Source: Escherichia coli (GTDB lineage Bacteria > Pseudomonadota > Gammaproteobacteria > Enterobacterales > Enterobacteriaceae). From it: DNA of 64,000 nt. This document shows positions 34,626-48,776 of the stretch, piece after piece (the first letter of the stretch is position 1; each line of letters starts with the position of its first letter). Under the pieces are notes generated by a model. That model made no database searches. It was given only the letters and a program-made list of their open reading frames with translations, and was not told the origin of the DNA. Location of the stretch: NCBI RefSeq assembly GCF_044647545.1, contig NZ_CP172818.1. One strand, given 5' to 3'. Position numbers and translations under genes: made by a program.

Positions 34626-36014
34626 TCAGTGTTTATGTTCGGCGGTTAATTGATTAAATAAAGTGTCGAGTTTGGGATCGCCAATATAGTTATTAATCAG
34701 TATCAGCGGTTTATCCGTCACACGTTTCACGCGCCCTTCCAGACTAGCGTGAGTAACGACGATATCCGCATCCGCAGGCACGTTTTCTATCGCGTAATGT
34801 TTTACTTCAATTGCCAGCCCCGCTTTTTCCAGGCGTTTACGGAAGGTGGTTGCGCCCATCGCGCTGGAGCCCATCCCCGCATCGCAAACAAAGGCGATAC
34901 GCTTAACTCTGCTTAGCGAGAATGCACCCTCTTGTTTCATCGCCTTAACCGCATTGGCTGACTGAGCAAACTCATCTTCGCTCTCCGTTTCCACCGTTTT
35001 TTCCATCTTCAGTATCAGCGAAGTGATAGCAAAGGACACCAGGGTACCTACCGTAACACCAGCAATTGTCGCCAGGAATGAGCCTTTCGGCGTCAGCGCC
35101 AGGTAAGCAAAGATAGACCCCGGACTTGGGCCAGCCACCAGACCACCGTCCAGTAAGTTAAACATCCAGGTGCCAGACATACCGCCCGCAATCATGGCAA
35201 TAATGGTCAGCGGCTTCATCAGCACATATGGGAAATACAGTTCGTGGATCCCACCGAGGAAGTGAATAATCATCGCCCCGGGCGCAGAACGTTTACTCAT
35301 CCCTTTACCAAACAAGGTAAACGCCAGCAGCAGCCCCAGGCCCGGACCTGGGTTAGAGGCCACCATAAAGAAGATGGATTTACCGTTAACCGAAGCCTGT
35401 TGCATTCCCAGCGGATAATAGACGCCCTGATCGATCGCATTATTAAGGAAAAGCACTTTCGCCGGTTCATTGATGACTGACAGCAGAGGCAGATAACCCG
35501 CATGTACCAGCGCCTCAATACACTCTTTGACGAAAGTATTGGCAATTAACACCGCCGGGCCGATCACTTCAAAACCCAGCAGACAAAGGAGCATCCCCGC
35601 GATACCTAATGAGAAGTTATTGATAACCATCTCAAAACCAGCAGGTATGCGTTTTTCCAGTGCCTTATCGACATATTTTATGACCAGCCCACCGAGCGGC
35701 CCCATAATCATTGAGCCAAGGAACATCGGGATCTCTGCGCCGACGATCACACCAATAGTACCAATTCCGCCCATGACCGCGCCGCGTTTACCGCCGACCA
35801 GATGACCACCGGTAGAACCAATCATCACGGGCAATAAATAGGTAATCATCGGGCCGACAATTTTGGCGAAATGTTCGTTAGGCAGCCAACCGGTGGGAAT
35901 AAATAACGCAGTAATAAAACCCCAGGCAATAAAAGCACCAATATTGGGGATGACCATTGCAGTCAAAAAGCCCCCAAAAGCCTGGACCTTTGCACGAGCA
36001 GACTTGTTTTCCAT
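34626..36014 (-). CDS. cmtA: PTS mannitol-family EIICB component (cryptic)
   Basis: 462-aa multi-TM product MENKSARAKVQAFGGFLTAMVIPNIGAFIAWG... Confidence 0.9.
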   Translation of the reverse strand: MENKSARAKVQAFGGFLTAMVIPNIGAFIAWGFITALFIPTGWLPNEHFAKIVGPMITYLLPVMIGSTGGHLVGGKRGAVMGGIGTIGVIVGAEIPMFLGSMIMGPLGGLVIKYVDKALEKRIPAGFEMVINNFSLGIAGMLLCLLGFEVIGPAVLIANTFVKECIEALVHAGYLPLLSVINEPAKVLFLNNAIDQGVYYPLGMQQASVNGKSIFFMVASNPGPGLGLLLAFTLFGKGMSKRSAPGAMIIHFLGGIHELYFPYVLMKPLTIIAMIAGGMSGTWMFNLLDGGLVAGPSPGSIFAYLALTPKGSFLATIAGVTVGTLVSFAITSLILKMEKTVETESEDEFAQSANAVKAMKQEGAFSLSRVKRIAFVCDAGMGSSAMGATTFRKRLEKAGLAIEVKHYAIENVPADADIVVTHASLEGRVKRVTDKPLILINNYIGDPKLDTLFNQLTAEHKH

Positions 36015-36041
36015 AATATTATCCTGTAGAGGAGAGAGTAA

Positions 36042-36485
36042 TTATCCGCGGCTGATAATGTCCGCTAATTGTTTTTCTGATGATGCTGTTAAGAGTTGTT
36101 CGAGTATTTCTTCTTCGCACAGTAATTCACTTAACGCCTGAATAGCGCCAATGTGCGAATCGGCATCGGCAGCAGAGAGTCCGATGAGTAATTTAATTGG
36201 TTCGTCATTCCCCGGAAAATAAACACCTTGTTCAAGTAATGTCAAAGACATCCCGGTTTTAAGCGCCCCACATTCCGGTCGCGCATGAGGCATTGCCACG
36301 CCTGGTGCGAGAATATAATAAGGGCCATTGTTAATGGTGGAATCTTTAATTGCCTGAATGTAATTCTCGCTGATATAGTTTTTATCCAGCAATGATACCA
36401 TCGAGAAATCGATAGCTTCCTGCCAATCTTTTGCTGAATGTATAACTGAGATTGATGATTCTGGAAAATAATCACTAAGCCGCAT
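36042..36485 (-). CDS. cmtB: PTS mannitol-family EIIA component (cryptic)
   Basis: 147-aa product MRLSDYFPESSISVIHSAKDWQEAIDF... Confidence 0.9.
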   Translation of the reverse strand: MRLSDYFPESSISVIHSAKDWQEAIDFSMVSLLDKNYISENYIQAIKDSTINNGPYYILAPGVAMPHARPECGALKTGMSLTLLEQGVYFPGNDEPIKLLIGLSAADADSHIGAIQALSELLCEEEILEQLLTASSEKQLADIISRG

Positions 36486-36779
36486 AAATTATCCTTATTT
36501 TATTTTTAGGGTACCGTCCGGCGGTAAAAATAAAATACTCGTGCGGTTTAATGAAAGCAATTGAGAAGAAAAACCCCATAAACCAAAATAATAAAACCTT
36601 AAATAACAACAATATGAAATTGATATTTTTAAAGTCAACTTTGTATTTGTTATATTTATCACAAAATCAACATTTTGTTTGTTATTGTATTTGTGATGCA
36701 TATCTCTATTTATTTATTGAATGTTCGAAAACATACTTTTCTAATGCAATGTTTTTTCGCTATACCCCTTTATAGATTC

Positions 36780-37321
36780 TGAATTCTCACCTGTCGGCTA
36801 TTTTCTCCTTACCTCATGTGACATATTCCCCATTTTACTCAAAAAAAATTTATATAAAAGCACCTTTTTCATAAACCTTATTTCCCCCAAAAAAATCTTT
36901 TTTTATCCCTTTGGGCGTTTTTCCTGTTTTTTCCCCCTTTTTTTCTTTTTTACCCCTTAAAAAAAGGAACGCGGCATTTTTTTGCCCTACGAAAAAATCG
37001 TAAAATTTGCCGAGCCGGGTCTGGGTTTTAAGATCCCGTTTTTGAAAAGGGGAAAAAAATTTCCACCCGTAATAAGGCGGGGGTTTATCAGGGATTAAAG
37101 CCTTCAACCCCCCACCAGAAACCGGCAAAAAAAAAAATTGAGTGAGCTTCCACATAAAAAATTCAGAAAAAGGCGCGGTTTATACCACCTACAACACCAT
37201 TGAAGCATTAAAAGATCGTCTGATTGTCCGTCAGTTGCCAACTCAACTGGAGAATTCCCATATACATACAACTACAAAACAACAAACATAAACAAAACCC
37301 ACAAAAAAAAATATCTCTAAA
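36780..37321. other. Compositionally aberrant homopolymer-rich non-coding segment (origin unresolved; possible assembly/synthetic artefact)
   Basis: Dense runs of A7-11, T5-9, C5-6, G5; no credible ORF, RBS or RNA fold; cmtB-tktA spacer is ~885 bp here versus a few hundred bp as I recall for K-12. Confidence 0.5.
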
Positions 37322-37350
37322 GTAATAAAAAGGGCCGCTTTCGCGGCCCT
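37322..37350 (-). terminator. Rho-independent terminator immediately downstream of tktA
   Basis: Minus-strand hairpin agggccgc-gaaa-gcggccct followed by ttttattac. Confidence 0.75.
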
Positions 37351-37371
37351 TCTCACAAAGCATCTTACCGA

Positions 37372-39363
37372 TTACAGCAGTTCTTTTGCTTTCGCAACAA
37401 CGTTGTCAACGGTGAAGCCGAACTCTTCAAACAGCAGCTCTGCCGGAGCAGATTCACCGAAGGTGGTCATGCCGACGATAGCACCGTTCAGGCCAACATA
37501 CTTGTACCAGTAGTCAGCAATACCCGCTTCCACCGCAACGCGTGCAGTAACCGCTTTCGGCAGGACGGATTCACGGTAAGCCGCATCCTGCTTGTCGAAT
37601 GCATCGGTAGACGGCATGGAAACCACGCGCGCCTTCACGCCTTCGGCAGTCAGTTTTTCGTAGGCAGCAACCGCCAGTTCAACTTCCGAACCGGTCGCGA
37701 TGAAGATCAGTTCCGGCTGACCGGCACAGTCTTTCAGCACATAACCACCGCGCGCGATGTTTGCCAGCTGCTCTTCAGTACGCTCCTGCTGCGCCAGGTT
37801 CTGACGGGAGAGGATAAGCGCAGTCGGGCCGTCCTGACGCTCAACGCCGTATTTCCATGCCACTGCAGATTCAACCTGGTCACACGGACGCCATGTAGAC
37901 ATGTTCGGGGTCACGCGCAGTGAAGCGACCTGCTCAACCGGCTGGTGAGTCGGGCCATCTTCGCCCAGACCGATGGAGTCGTGGGTGTAAACCATCACCT
38001 GACGCTGTTTCATCAGCGCAGCCATACGTACGGCGTTACGTGCGTATTCCACGAACATCAGGAAGGTGGAGGTGTACGGCAGGAAGCCACCGTGCAGGGA
38101 GATACCGTTAGCAATCGCGGTCATACCGAACTCGCGAACACCGTAGTGGATGTAGTTACCCGCAACATCTTCGTTGATTGCTTTAGAACCAGACCACAGG
38201 GTCAGGTTAGACGGTGCCAGGTCAGCAGAGCCGCCGAGGAATTCCGGCAACAGCGGGCCGAACGCTTCAATCGCATTCTGAGACGCTTTACGGCTGGCGA
38301 TTTTCGCCGGATTAGCCTGCAGTTTAGCGATGAATTCTTTCGCTTTGGCATCGAAGTCAGACGGCATTTCGCCTTTCATACGGCGGGTAAATTCAGCGGC
38401 TTCCTGCGGATAAGCTTTCGCGTAAGCAGCGAATTTCTCGTTCCATGCGGATTCTTTCGCCTGGCCTGCTTCTTTCGCATCCCACTGAGCATAGATTTCA
38501 GACGGGATTTCGAACGGTGCATATTTCCAGCCCAGCTGTTCGCGGGTCAGGGCAATTTCAGCGTCGCCCAGCGGCGCACCGTGGGAGTCGTGCGTACCGG
38601 CTTTGTTCGGTGAACCGAAACCGATGATGGTTTTGCACATCAGCAGGGACGGTTTGTCAGTCACTGCGCGCGCTTCTTCTACTGCGCGTTTGATGGATGC
38701 CGCGTCATGACCGTCGATGCCGCGAATAACGTGCCAGCCGTAAGCTTCGAAACGCATTGCGGTGTCGTCGGTGAACCAGCCTTCAACGTGACCATCGATA
38801 GAGATACCGTTGTCATCGTAGAACGCAATCAGTTTACCCAGCTTCAGCGTACCCGCCAGAGAACAAACTTCGTGGGAGATGCCTTCCATCATGCAGCCGT
38901 CGCCCATGAAGGCGTAGGTGTAGTGGTCGACGATGTCGTGGCCCGGACGGTTAAACTGCGCCGCCAGCGTTTTTTCTGCAATCGCCATACCGACTGCGTT
39001 GGCAATACCCTGACCCAGCGGACCTGTAGTGGTTTCCACGCCAGCGGTGTAACCCACTTCCGGGTGGCCCGGAGTTTTAGAGTGCAGCTGACGGAAGTTT
39101 TTCAGTTCTTCCATCGGCAGATCGTAACCGGTGAGGTGCAGCAGGCTGTAGATCAGCATGGAGCCGTGGCCGTTGGACAGCACGAAGCGGTCACGGTCAG
39201 CCCAGGACGGATTCTGCGGGTTGTGTTTCAGGAAATCACGCCACAGGACTTCGGCAATGTCAGCCATACCCATAGGGGCACCCGGGTGACCGGATTTGGC
39301 TTTCTGTACTGCGTCCATGCTCAGCGCACGAATAGCATTGGCAAGCTCTTTACGTGAGGACAT
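37372..39363 (-). CDS. tktA: Transketolase 1
   Basis: 663-aa product [41 protein letters not shown]... Confidence 0.95.
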   Translation of the reverse strand: MSSRKELANAIRALSMDAVQKAKSGHPGAPMGMADIAEVLWRDFLKHNPQNPSWADRDRFVLSNGHGSMLIYSLLHLTGYDLPMEELKNFRQLHSKTPGHPEVGYTAGVETTTGPLGQGIANAVGMAIAEKTLAAQFNRPGHDIVDHYTYAFMGDGCMMEGISHEVCSLAGTLKLGKLIAFYDDNGISIDGHVEGWFTDDTAMRFEAYGWHVIRGIDGHDAASIKRAVEEARAVTDKPSLLMCKTIIGFGSPNKAGTHDSHGAPLGDAEIALTREQLGWKYAPFEIPSEIYAQWDAKEAGQAKESAWNEKFAAYAKAYPQEAAEFTRRMKGEMPSDFDAKAKEFIAKLQANPAKIASRKASQNAIEAFGPLLPEFLGGSADLAPSNLTLWSGSKAINEDVAGNYIHYGVREFGMTAIANGISLHGGFLPYTSTFLMFVEYARNAVRMAALMKQRQVMVYTHDSIGLGEDGPTHQPVEQVASLRVTPNMSTWRPCDQVESAVAWKYGVERQDGPTALILSRQNLAQQERTEEQLANIARGGYVLKDCAGQPELIFIATGSEVELAVAAYEKLTAEGVKARVVSMPSTDAFDKQDAAYRESVLPKAVTARVAVEAGIADYWYKYVGLNGAIVGMTTFGESAPAELLFEEFGFTVDNVVAKAKELL

Positions 39364-39640
39364 TTTGACTCCAGATCGGATGATGAAGGGCACGCCCTTA
39401 ACGACTTGACGACAGCGCGTTTTGGGCTACGCCGGAAAATTTGCCAACAATTTACCGCAAGCCGCGCGTCATGTACATGGAACATCCTTTTGCCGCTTCA
39501 GAAATCTCTGGATCATGCTCGCATGTTGCGCAATCTGCTCGCCCGTCCGCTGCGCTTTTCCTTATACTGAGACTGAGCGTCGATTCACCTGCAAACGGCG
39601 CATTTTTAGAATAATCCTGACCTTGTGCGGAAGAGAAAAC

Positions 39641-40399
39641 ATGAAAATTCGCGCCTTATTGGTAGCAATGAGCGTGGCAACGGTACTGACCGGTTGCCAG
39701 AATATGGACTCCAACGGACTGCTCTCATCAGGAGCGGAAGCTTTTCAGGCTTACAGTTTGAGTGATGCGCAGGTGAAAACCCTGAGCGATCAGGCATGTC
39801 AGGAGATGGACAGCAAGGCGACGATTGCGCCAGCCAATAGCGAATACGCTAAACGTCTGACAACTATTGCCAATGCGCTAGGCAACAATATCAACGGTCA
39901 GCCGGTGAATTACAAAGTGTATATGGCGAAGGATGTGAACGCCTTTGCAATGGCTAACGGCTGTATCCGCGTCTATAGCGGGCTGATGGATATGATGACG
40001 GATAACGAAGTCGAAGCGGTGATCGGTCACGAGATGGGGCACGTAGCGTTGGGCCATGTGAAAAAAGGGATGCAGGTGGCACTTGGTACAAATGCCGTAC
40101 GAGTAGCTGCGGCCTCTGCGGGCGGGATTGTCGGCAGTTTATCTCAATCACAACTCGGTGATCTGGGCGAGAAATTAGTTAATTCGCAATTCTCCCAGCG
40201 CCAGGAAGCAGAAGCCGATGATTATTCTTACGATCTTCTGCGCCAACGCGGCATCAGCCCGGCAGGTCTTGCCACCAGCTTTGAAAAACTGGCGAAGCTG
40301 GAAGAAGGCCGTCAAAGCTCAATGTTTGACGACCATCCAGCATCCGCCGAACGCGCCCAGCATATTCGCGATCGTATGAGCGCGGATGGAGTTAAGTAA
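39641..40399 (+). CDS. loiP: M48 family metalloprotease lipoprotein
   Basis: 252-aa product with lipobox LTGC and HEMGH zinc motif. Confidence 0.9.
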   Translation: MKIRALLVAMSVATVLTGCQNMDSNGLLSSGAEAFQAYSLSDAQVKTLSDQACQEMDSKATIAPANSEYAKRLTTIANALGNNINGQPVNYKVYMAKDVNAFAMANGCIRVYSGLMDMMTDNEVEAVIGHEMGHVALGHVKKGMQVALGTNAVRVAAASAGGIVGSLSQSQLGDLGEKLVNSQFSQRQEAEADDYSYDLLRQRGISPAGLATSFEKLAKLEEGRQSSMFDDHPASAERAQHIRDRMSADGVK

Positions 40400-40441
40400 T
40401 TTATTACGCCGGATTTGACGCATAACGCATCTTATCCGGGC

Positions 40442-41362
40442 TTACTCGCCCTTTTTCGCCGCCTGAATATACAGCATTTCCAGCGCCAGCGTCGCCGCAG
40501 CCAGAGCGGTGATTTCCGACTGATCGTATGCCGGAGCCACTTCCACTACGTCCATCCCAACAATGTTGAGATCTTTCAGGCCGCGTACCAGTTTAATAGC
40601 GCGATCGGAGGTCAGGCCGCCAATTACTGGCGTACCTGTTCCCGGCGCGAAAGCAGGATCCAGGCAGTCGATATCAAAGGTCAGGTAAACCGGCATATCA
40701 CCTACAATCTGTTTCACCTGAGCGATAACGTCATCCACGCTGCGATCGTTCACCTGGCAGGCGTCCAGCACGGTAAAACCGTTGTCTTTATCAAACTCGG
40801 TACGAATACCAATCTGCACGGAATGATTCGGGTCGATCAGACCTTCTTTCGGCGCGGTATAGAACATGGTGCCGTGGTCAAATTCACAACCGTTAGCGTA
40901 GGTATCGGTGTGGGCGTCAAAGTGTACCAGCGCCATTTTACCGAAATGCTTCGCATGAGCACGCAGCAGCGGCAGCGTAACAAAGTGGTCACCACCGAAG
41001 GAGAGCATACGCTTACCGGCAGCCAGCAGCTTCTCGGCGTGCGCCTGCAGCTTCTCGCTCATCTCACGGGCATCTCCGAAGGCATATACCAGATCGCCGC
41101 AGTCCACGACGTTCAGGCGCTCACGCATGTCGAAATTCCACGGGAAGCGATTGTGTTCCCAGGCCAGATTCGTCGAAACCTGACGGATCGCTGCCGGACC
41201 GTGGCGACCACCCGCACGACCAGAAGTGGCCATATCGAACGGCACGCCAGTAATCACCCAGTCAGCATCGCTGTCATATGGCTGGAAGTTCATCGGCAGG
41301 CGTAAAAAACCAAAGGCGTTGGAAACCAGTGAGTTATCGTATTGATGACCTAAGGTGCTCAT
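40442..41362 (-). CDS. speB: Agmatinase
   Basis: 306-aa product [29 protein letters not shown]... Confidence 0.95.
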   Translation of the reverse strand: MSTLGHQYDNSLVSNAFGFLRLPMNFQPYDSDADWVITGVPFDMATSGRAGGRHGPAAIRQVSTNLAWEHNRFPWNFDMRERLNVVDCGDLVYAFGDAREMSEKLQAHAEKLLAAGKRMLSFGGDHFVTLPLLRAHAKHFGKMALVHFDAHTDTYANGCEFDHGTMFYTAPKEGLIDPNHSVQIGIRTEFDKDNGFTVLDACQVNDRSVDDVIAQVKQIVGDMPVYLTFDIDCLDPAFAPGTGTPVIGGLTSDRAIKLVRGLKDLNIVGMDVVEVAPAYDQSEITALAAATLALEMLYIQAAKKGE

Positions 41363-41385
41363 GGATGGACTCCTATTACAAAGTC

Positions 41386-41425
41386 GATATAAAAAAACCC
41401 TTCCGCGTCGTTAGGCCCGACGAGG
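41386..41425 (-). terminator. Rho-independent terminator between speA and speB
   Basis: Minus-strand hairpin cccttcctcgtcgggcctaacgacgcggaaggg followed by tttttttat. Confidence 0.6.
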
Positions 41426-41528
41426 AAGGGTTGGATTTGCGAAACACAAGTATGCGCTAATTATCGCCTTAAATGAAAAGAGGGCCGCATCAAGGACTAA
41501 CACAGGTCCCATACCACCAAACTCCAAC

Positions 41529-43542
<2,014 letters not shown>

Positions 43543-43550
43543 AGCGAACC

Positions 43551-43682
43551 TCAAATTATTTTATTAAGTGTAAAACAGTTAACGACTATCGCAGCCTGGA
43601 ACTGCGATAACAACCCATAAGCACATGGATTTTCCAGCAGTGAATGCTGACGCTCCAACTGCGCAACCGGTTTCTTTTTCAT
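43551..43682 (-). CDS. yqgB: Small protein YqgB (43 aa)
   Basis: Minus-strand [46 protein letters not shown] just upstream of speA. Confidence 0.7.
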
Positions 43683-43817
43683 AACATTATTAAGCACATA
43701 ACCGAACGTAAGTGTGACAGTTCGGCGAAACCACGAGAAAACTCTTGTTTTTACAAGAGCGCCCTTGTTCAGTCCTCAGTAACTGTAACCAGCTCTTGAA
43801 TCCTGAGAAGCGCCGAG

Positions 43818-44033
43818 ATGGGTATAACATCGGCAGGTATGCAAAGCAGAGATGCAGAGTGCGGGGAACGAATCTTCACCAGAACGGTGAGACAGGTTAA
43901 GCAGCAGACAACGGTTCATTATTTCGTATCACCTCCACGGCCGCCTGTTAAGACGAACCCACAAGCCAAAACTCTGATTTCAACCCGGCTGGAAGTGGCA
44001 ACACGAAAGAAACGTCGTGTGCTTTTTATTTAA
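43818..44033 (+). CDS. yqgC: Small hypothetical protein (71 aa), possibly YqgC
   Basis: ORF of the expected size and position in the speA-metK interval; no other support. Confidence 0.35.
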
Positions 44034-44296
44034 GCCGCGCGCCGCGTTTTATACCCCACAATGGCAGAAAATTGCAAAAGATAAATACGCAGAATGCCAG
44101 CATTGTCAGGAAAAATTTCCAGCCACGTTTTTAAAAGAATGAGACACGATTCAAAAAAAAGTGGAAATCGGGTGAAGAATTGACCTAAAATAGCCATCCA
44201 GATGTTAATCCATCCATACCGATTAACACTCAGACTGCCAGTGTTTTTAACCTGCAGAGTCGTGGTAGGATCCGCTACCACAGAAAATCCACACAA
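44030..44296 (-). CDS. yqgD: Small hypothetical protein, possibly YqgD
   Basis: 88-aa ORF in metK upstream region; weak. Confidence 0.3.
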
Positions 44297-44336
44297 CAGT
44301 TTGAGCTAACCAAATTCTCTTTAGGTGATATTAAAT

Positions 44337-45491
44337 ATGGCAAAACACCTTTTTACGTCCGAGTCCGTCTCTGAAGGGCATCCTGACAAAATTGCTGACC
44401 AAATCTCTGATGCCGTTTTAGACGCGATCCTCGAACAGGATCCGAAAGCACGCGTTGCTTGCGAAACCTACGTAAAAACCGGCATGGTTTTAGTTGGCGG
44501 CGAAATCACCACCAGCGCCTGGGTAGACATCGAAGAGATCACCCGTAACACCGTTCGCGAAATTGGCTATGTACATTCCGACATGGGCTTTGACGCTAAC
44601 TCCTGTGCGGTTCTGAGCGCTATCGGCAAACAGTCTCCTGACATCAACCAGGGCGTTGACCGTGCCGATCCGCTGGAACAGGGCGCGGGTGACCAGGGTC
44701 TGATGTTTGGCTACGCAACCAATGAAACCGACGTGCTGATGCCAGCGCCTATCACCTATGCACACCGTCTGGTACAGCGTCAGGCTGAAGTGCGTAAAAA
44801 CGGCACTCTGCCGTGGCTGCGCCCGGACGCGAAAAGCCAGGTGACTTTCCAGTATGACGACGGCAAAATCGTTGGTATCGATGCTGTCGTGCTTTCCACT
44901 CAGCACTCTGAAGAAATCGACCAGAAATCGCTGCAAGAAGCGGTAATGGAAGAGATCATCAAGCCGATTCTGCCGGCTGAATGGCTGACTTCTGCCACCA
45001 AATTCTTCATCAACCCGACCGGTCGTTTTGTTATCGGTGGCCCGATGGGTGACTGCGGTCTGACTGGTCGTAAAATTATCGTTGATACCTACGGCGGCAT
45101 GGCACGTCACGGTGGTGGTGCATTCTCTGGTAAAGATCCATCAAAAGTGGACCGTTCCGCAGCGTACGCAGCACGTTATGTCGCGAAAAACATCGTTGCT
45201 GCTGGCCTGGCCGATCGTTGTGAAATTCAGGTTTCCTACGCAATCGGCGTGGCTGAACCGACCTCTATCATGGTGGAAACTTTCGGTACCGAGAAAGTGC
45301 CTTCTGAACAACTGACTCTGCTGGTACGTGAGTTCTTTGACCTGCGTCCATACGGTCTGATTCAGATGCTGGATCTGCTGCACCCGATCTACAAAGAAAC
45401 CGCAGCATACGGTCACTTTGGTCGCGAACATTTCCCGTGGGAAAAAACCGACAAAGCGCAGCTGCTGCGCGATGCTGCCGGTCTGAAGTAA
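44337..45491 (+). CDS. metK: S-adenosylmethionine synthetase
   Basis: 384-aa product [32 protein letters not shown]... Confidence 0.97.
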
Positions 45492-45511
45492 TCTTTCTTC
45501 ACCTGCTTTCA

Positions 45512-45542
45512 AAGGCCAGCCTCGCGCTGGCCTTTTTCTTTT
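45512..45542 (+). terminator. Rho-independent terminator of metK
   Basis: Hairpin aaggccagc-ctcgc-gctggcctt followed by tttctttt. Confidence 0.75.
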
Positions 45543-45926
45543 ACCTCACCGCGGTGGATAGGCGTTCACGCGGCATCCGGCAAAAAGCTGCCCGCACAAT
45601 AACATCATTCTTCCTGAACACGTTTTACCGCAAATTATCATCGCTACTGAAACCGATTACACCAACCACACCAGACAAAGATTTGTAATATTTTCATATT
45701 ATTATTCGGTTTTCACAGTTGTTACATTTCTTTTCAGTAAAGTCTTAATTGCAGATAACAGCGTTTAATCTATGATGATATAACTCAATTATTTTCATGC
45801 ACTTAAATCATAACTAAGATAAATGTTAGTGTAAGCGATTACACTGATGTGATTTGCTTCACATCTTTTTACGTCGTACTCACCTATCTTAATTCACAAT
45901 AAAAAATAACCATATTGGAGGGCATC

Positions 45927-47321
45927 ATGCCTGACGCTAAAAAACAGGGGCGGTCAAACAAGGCAATGACGTTTTTCGTCTGCTTCCTTGCTGCTCTGGC
46001 GGGATTACTCTTTGGCCTGGATATCGGTGTAATTGCTGGCGCACTGCCGTTTATTGCAGATGAATTCCAGATTACTTCGCACACGCAAGAATGGGTCGTA
46101 AGCTCCATGATGTTCGGTGCGGCAGTCGGTGCGGTGGGCAGCGGCTGGCTCTCCTTTAAACTCGGGCGCAAAAAGAGCCTGATGATCGGCGCAATTTTGT
46201 TTGTTGCCGGTTCACTGTTCTCTGCGGCTGCGCCAAACGTTGAAGTACTGATTCTTTCCCGCGTTCTGCTGGGGCTGGCGGTGGGTGTGGCCTCTTATAC
46301 CGCACCACTGTACCTGTCAGAAATTGCGCCGGAAAAAATTCGCGGCAGTATGATCTCGATGTATCAGTTGATGATCACTATCGGGATCCTCGGTGCTTAT
46401 CTTTCTGATACCGCCTTCAGCTACACCGGTGCATGGCGCTGGATGCTGGGTGTGATTATCATCCCGGCAATTTTGCTGCTGATTGGTGTCTTCTTCCTGC
46501 CAGACAGCCCTCGTTGGTTTGCCGCCAAACGCCGTTTTGTTGATGCCGAACGCGTGCTGCTGCGCCTGCGTGACACCAGCGCGGAAGCGAAACGTGAACT
46601 GGATGAAATCCGTGAAAGTTTGCAGGTTAAACAGAGTGGCTGGGCGCTGTTTAAAGAGAACAGCAACTTCCGTCGCGCGGTGTTCCTTGGCGTACTGTTG
46701 CAGGTAATGCAGCAATTCACCGGGATGAACGTCATCATGTATTACGCGCCGAAAATCTTCGAACTGGCGGGTTATACCAACACTACCGAGCAAATGTGGG
46801 GGACGGTGATCGTCGGCCTGACTAACGTACTCGCCACCTTTATCGCAATCGGCCTTGTTGACCGCTGGGGACGTAAACCAACGCTAACGCTGGGCTTCCT
46901 GGTGATGGCTGCTGGCATGGGCGTACTCGGTACAATGATGCATATCGGTATCCACTCTCCGTCGGCGCAGTATTTCGCTATCGCCATGCTGCTGATGTTT
47001 ATTGTCGGTTTTGCCATGAGTGCCGGTCCGCTGATTTGGGTACTGTGCTCCGAAATTCAGCCGCTGAAAGGCCGCGATTTTGGCATCACCTGCTCCACCG
47101 CCACCAACTGGATTGCCAACATGATCGTTGGCGCAACGTTCCTGACCATGCTCAACACGCTGGGTAACGCCAACACCTTCTGGGTGTATGCGGCTCTGAA
47201 CGTACTGTTTATCTTGCTGACATTGTGGCTGGTACCGGAAACCAAACACGTTTCGCTGGAACATATTGAACGTAATCTGATGAAAGGTCGTAAACTGCGC
47301 GAAATCGGCGCTCACGATTAA
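45927..47321 (+). CDS. galP: Galactose:H+ symporter (MFS)
   Basis: 464-aa product [40 protein letters not shown]... Confidence 0.95.
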   Translation: MPDAKKQGRSNKAMTFFVCFLAALAGLLFGLDIGVIAGALPFIADEFQITSHTQEWVVSSMMFGAAVGAVGSGWLSFKLGRKKSLMIGAILFVAGSLFSAAAPNVEVLILSRVLLGLAVGVASYTAPLYLSEIAPEKIRGSMISMYQLMITIGILGAYLSDTAFSYTGAWRWMLGVIIIPAILLLIGVFFLPDSPRWFAAKRRFVDAERVLLRLRDTSAEAKRELDEIRESLQVKQSGWALFKENSNFRRAVFLGVLLQVMQQFTGMNVIMYYAPKIFELAGYTNTTEQMWGTVIVGLTNVLATFIAIGLVDRWGRKPTLTLGFLVMAAGMGVLGTMMHIGIHSPSAQYFAIAMLLMFIVGFAMSAGPLIWVLCSEIQPLKGRDFGITCSTATNWIANMIVGATFLTMLNTLGNANTFWVYAALNVLFILLTLWLVPETKHVSLEHIERNLMKGRKLREIGAHD

Positions 47322-47397
47322 TCTCCTCAGGCTTCCTCCCGTCGCGGAGGAAGCCACCTCTTGCAGTCATCTTTTCTTCGCTCTATCCTCTGCCGCT

Positions 47398-47895
47398 ATG
47401 AAAACATCCCGTCTCCCTATCGCCATCCAACAGGCCGTTATGCGTCGCCTGCGGGAAAAACTCGCCCAGGCCAACCTGAAGCTAGGACGTAACTACCCGG
47501 AGCCAAAACTCTCTTACACCCAGCGCGGCACCTCCGCCGGAACAGCCTGGCTGGAAGGCTATGAAATTCGCCTCAATCCCGTTTTGCTGTTGGAAAACAG
47601 TGAAGCCTTTATTGAAGAAGTGGTGCCGCACGAACTGGCACATTTGCTGGTATGGAAACATTTCGGCCGCGTAGCACCACATGGCAAAGAGTGGAAGTGG
47701 ATGATGGAAAGCGTGCTGGGCGTTCCCGCCCGTCGTACGCATCAGTTTGAACTGCAATCCGTGCGCCGCAACACCTTCCCCTACCGCTGTAAGTGCCAGG
47801 AACATCAGCTTACCGTACGCCGCCATAATCGCGTAGTTCGTGGCGAAGCCGTCTATCGCTGTGTTCACTGCGGCGAACAGCTGGTTGCGAAATAA
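47398..47895 (+). CDS. sprT: SprT family protein
   Basis: 165-aa product with HELAH zinc motif and C-terminal Cys pairs. Confidence 0.85.
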   Translation: MKTSRLPIAIQQAVMRRLREKLAQANLKLGRNYPEPKLSYTQRGTSAGTAWLEGYEIRLNPVLLLENSEAFIEEVVPHELAHLLVWKHFGRVAPHGKEWKWMMESVLGVPARRTHQFELQSVRRNTFPYRCKCQEHQLTVRRHNRVVRGEAVYRCVHCGEQLVAK

Positions 47896-47989
47896 CCACC
47901 TGAACTATCAGGAACTTTCCTGACCTGGCTGATTGCATACCAAAACAACTTTCGCTACGTTGCTGGCTCGTTTTAACACGGAGTAAGTG

Positions 47990-48697
47990 ATGTACCGTTA
48001 TTTGTCTATTGCTGCGGTGGTACTGAGCGCAGCATTTTCCGGCCCGGCGTTGGCCGAAGGTATCAATAGTTTTTCTCAGGCGAAAGCCGCGGCGGTAAAA
48101 GTCCACGCTGACGCGCCCGGTACGTTTTATTGCGGATGTAAAATTAACTGGCAGGGCAAAAAAGGCGTTGTTGATCTGCAATCGTGCGGCTATCAGGTGC
48201 GCAAAAATGAAAACCGCGCCAGCCGCGTAGAGTGGGAACACGTCGTTCCCGCCTGGCAATTCGGTCACCAGCGCCAGTGCTGGCAGGACGGTGGACGTAA
48301 AAATTGCGCCAAAGATCCGGTCTATCGCAAGATGGAAAGCGATATGCATAACCTGCAACCGTCAGTCGGCGAGGTGAATGGCGATCGCGGCAACTTTATG
48401 TACAGCCAGTGGAATGGCGGCGAAGGCCAGTACGGTCAATGCGCCATGAAGGTCGATTTCAAAGAAAAAGCTGCCGAACCACCAGCGCGTGCACGCGGTG
48501 CCATTGCGCGCACCTACTTCTATATGCGCGACCAATACAACCTGACACTCTCCCGCCAGCAAACGCAGCTGTTCAACGCATGGAACAAGATGTATCCGGT
48601 TACCGACTGGGAGTGCGAGCGTGATGAACGCATCGCGAAGGTGCAGGGCAATCATAACCCGTATGTGCAACGCGCTTGCCAGGCGCGAAAGAGCTAA
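47990..48697 (+). CDS. endA: Periplasmic DNA-specific endonuclease I
   Basis: 235-aa product [22 protein letters not shown]... (signal peptide). Confidence 0.95.
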
Positions 48698-48776
48698 CCT
48701 ACACTAGCGGGATTCTTTTTGTTAACCCCTACCCCACGCGTACAACCGCGTGGGGAGACGACGCGGATTTTTAACT

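Noticed and set aside
36850-37155. 101-aa minus-strand ORF inside the homopolymer-rich segment
   Set aside because: Product is low-complexity (poly-K/G/F stretches) generated by homopolymer runs; no RBS; not credible coding sequence.
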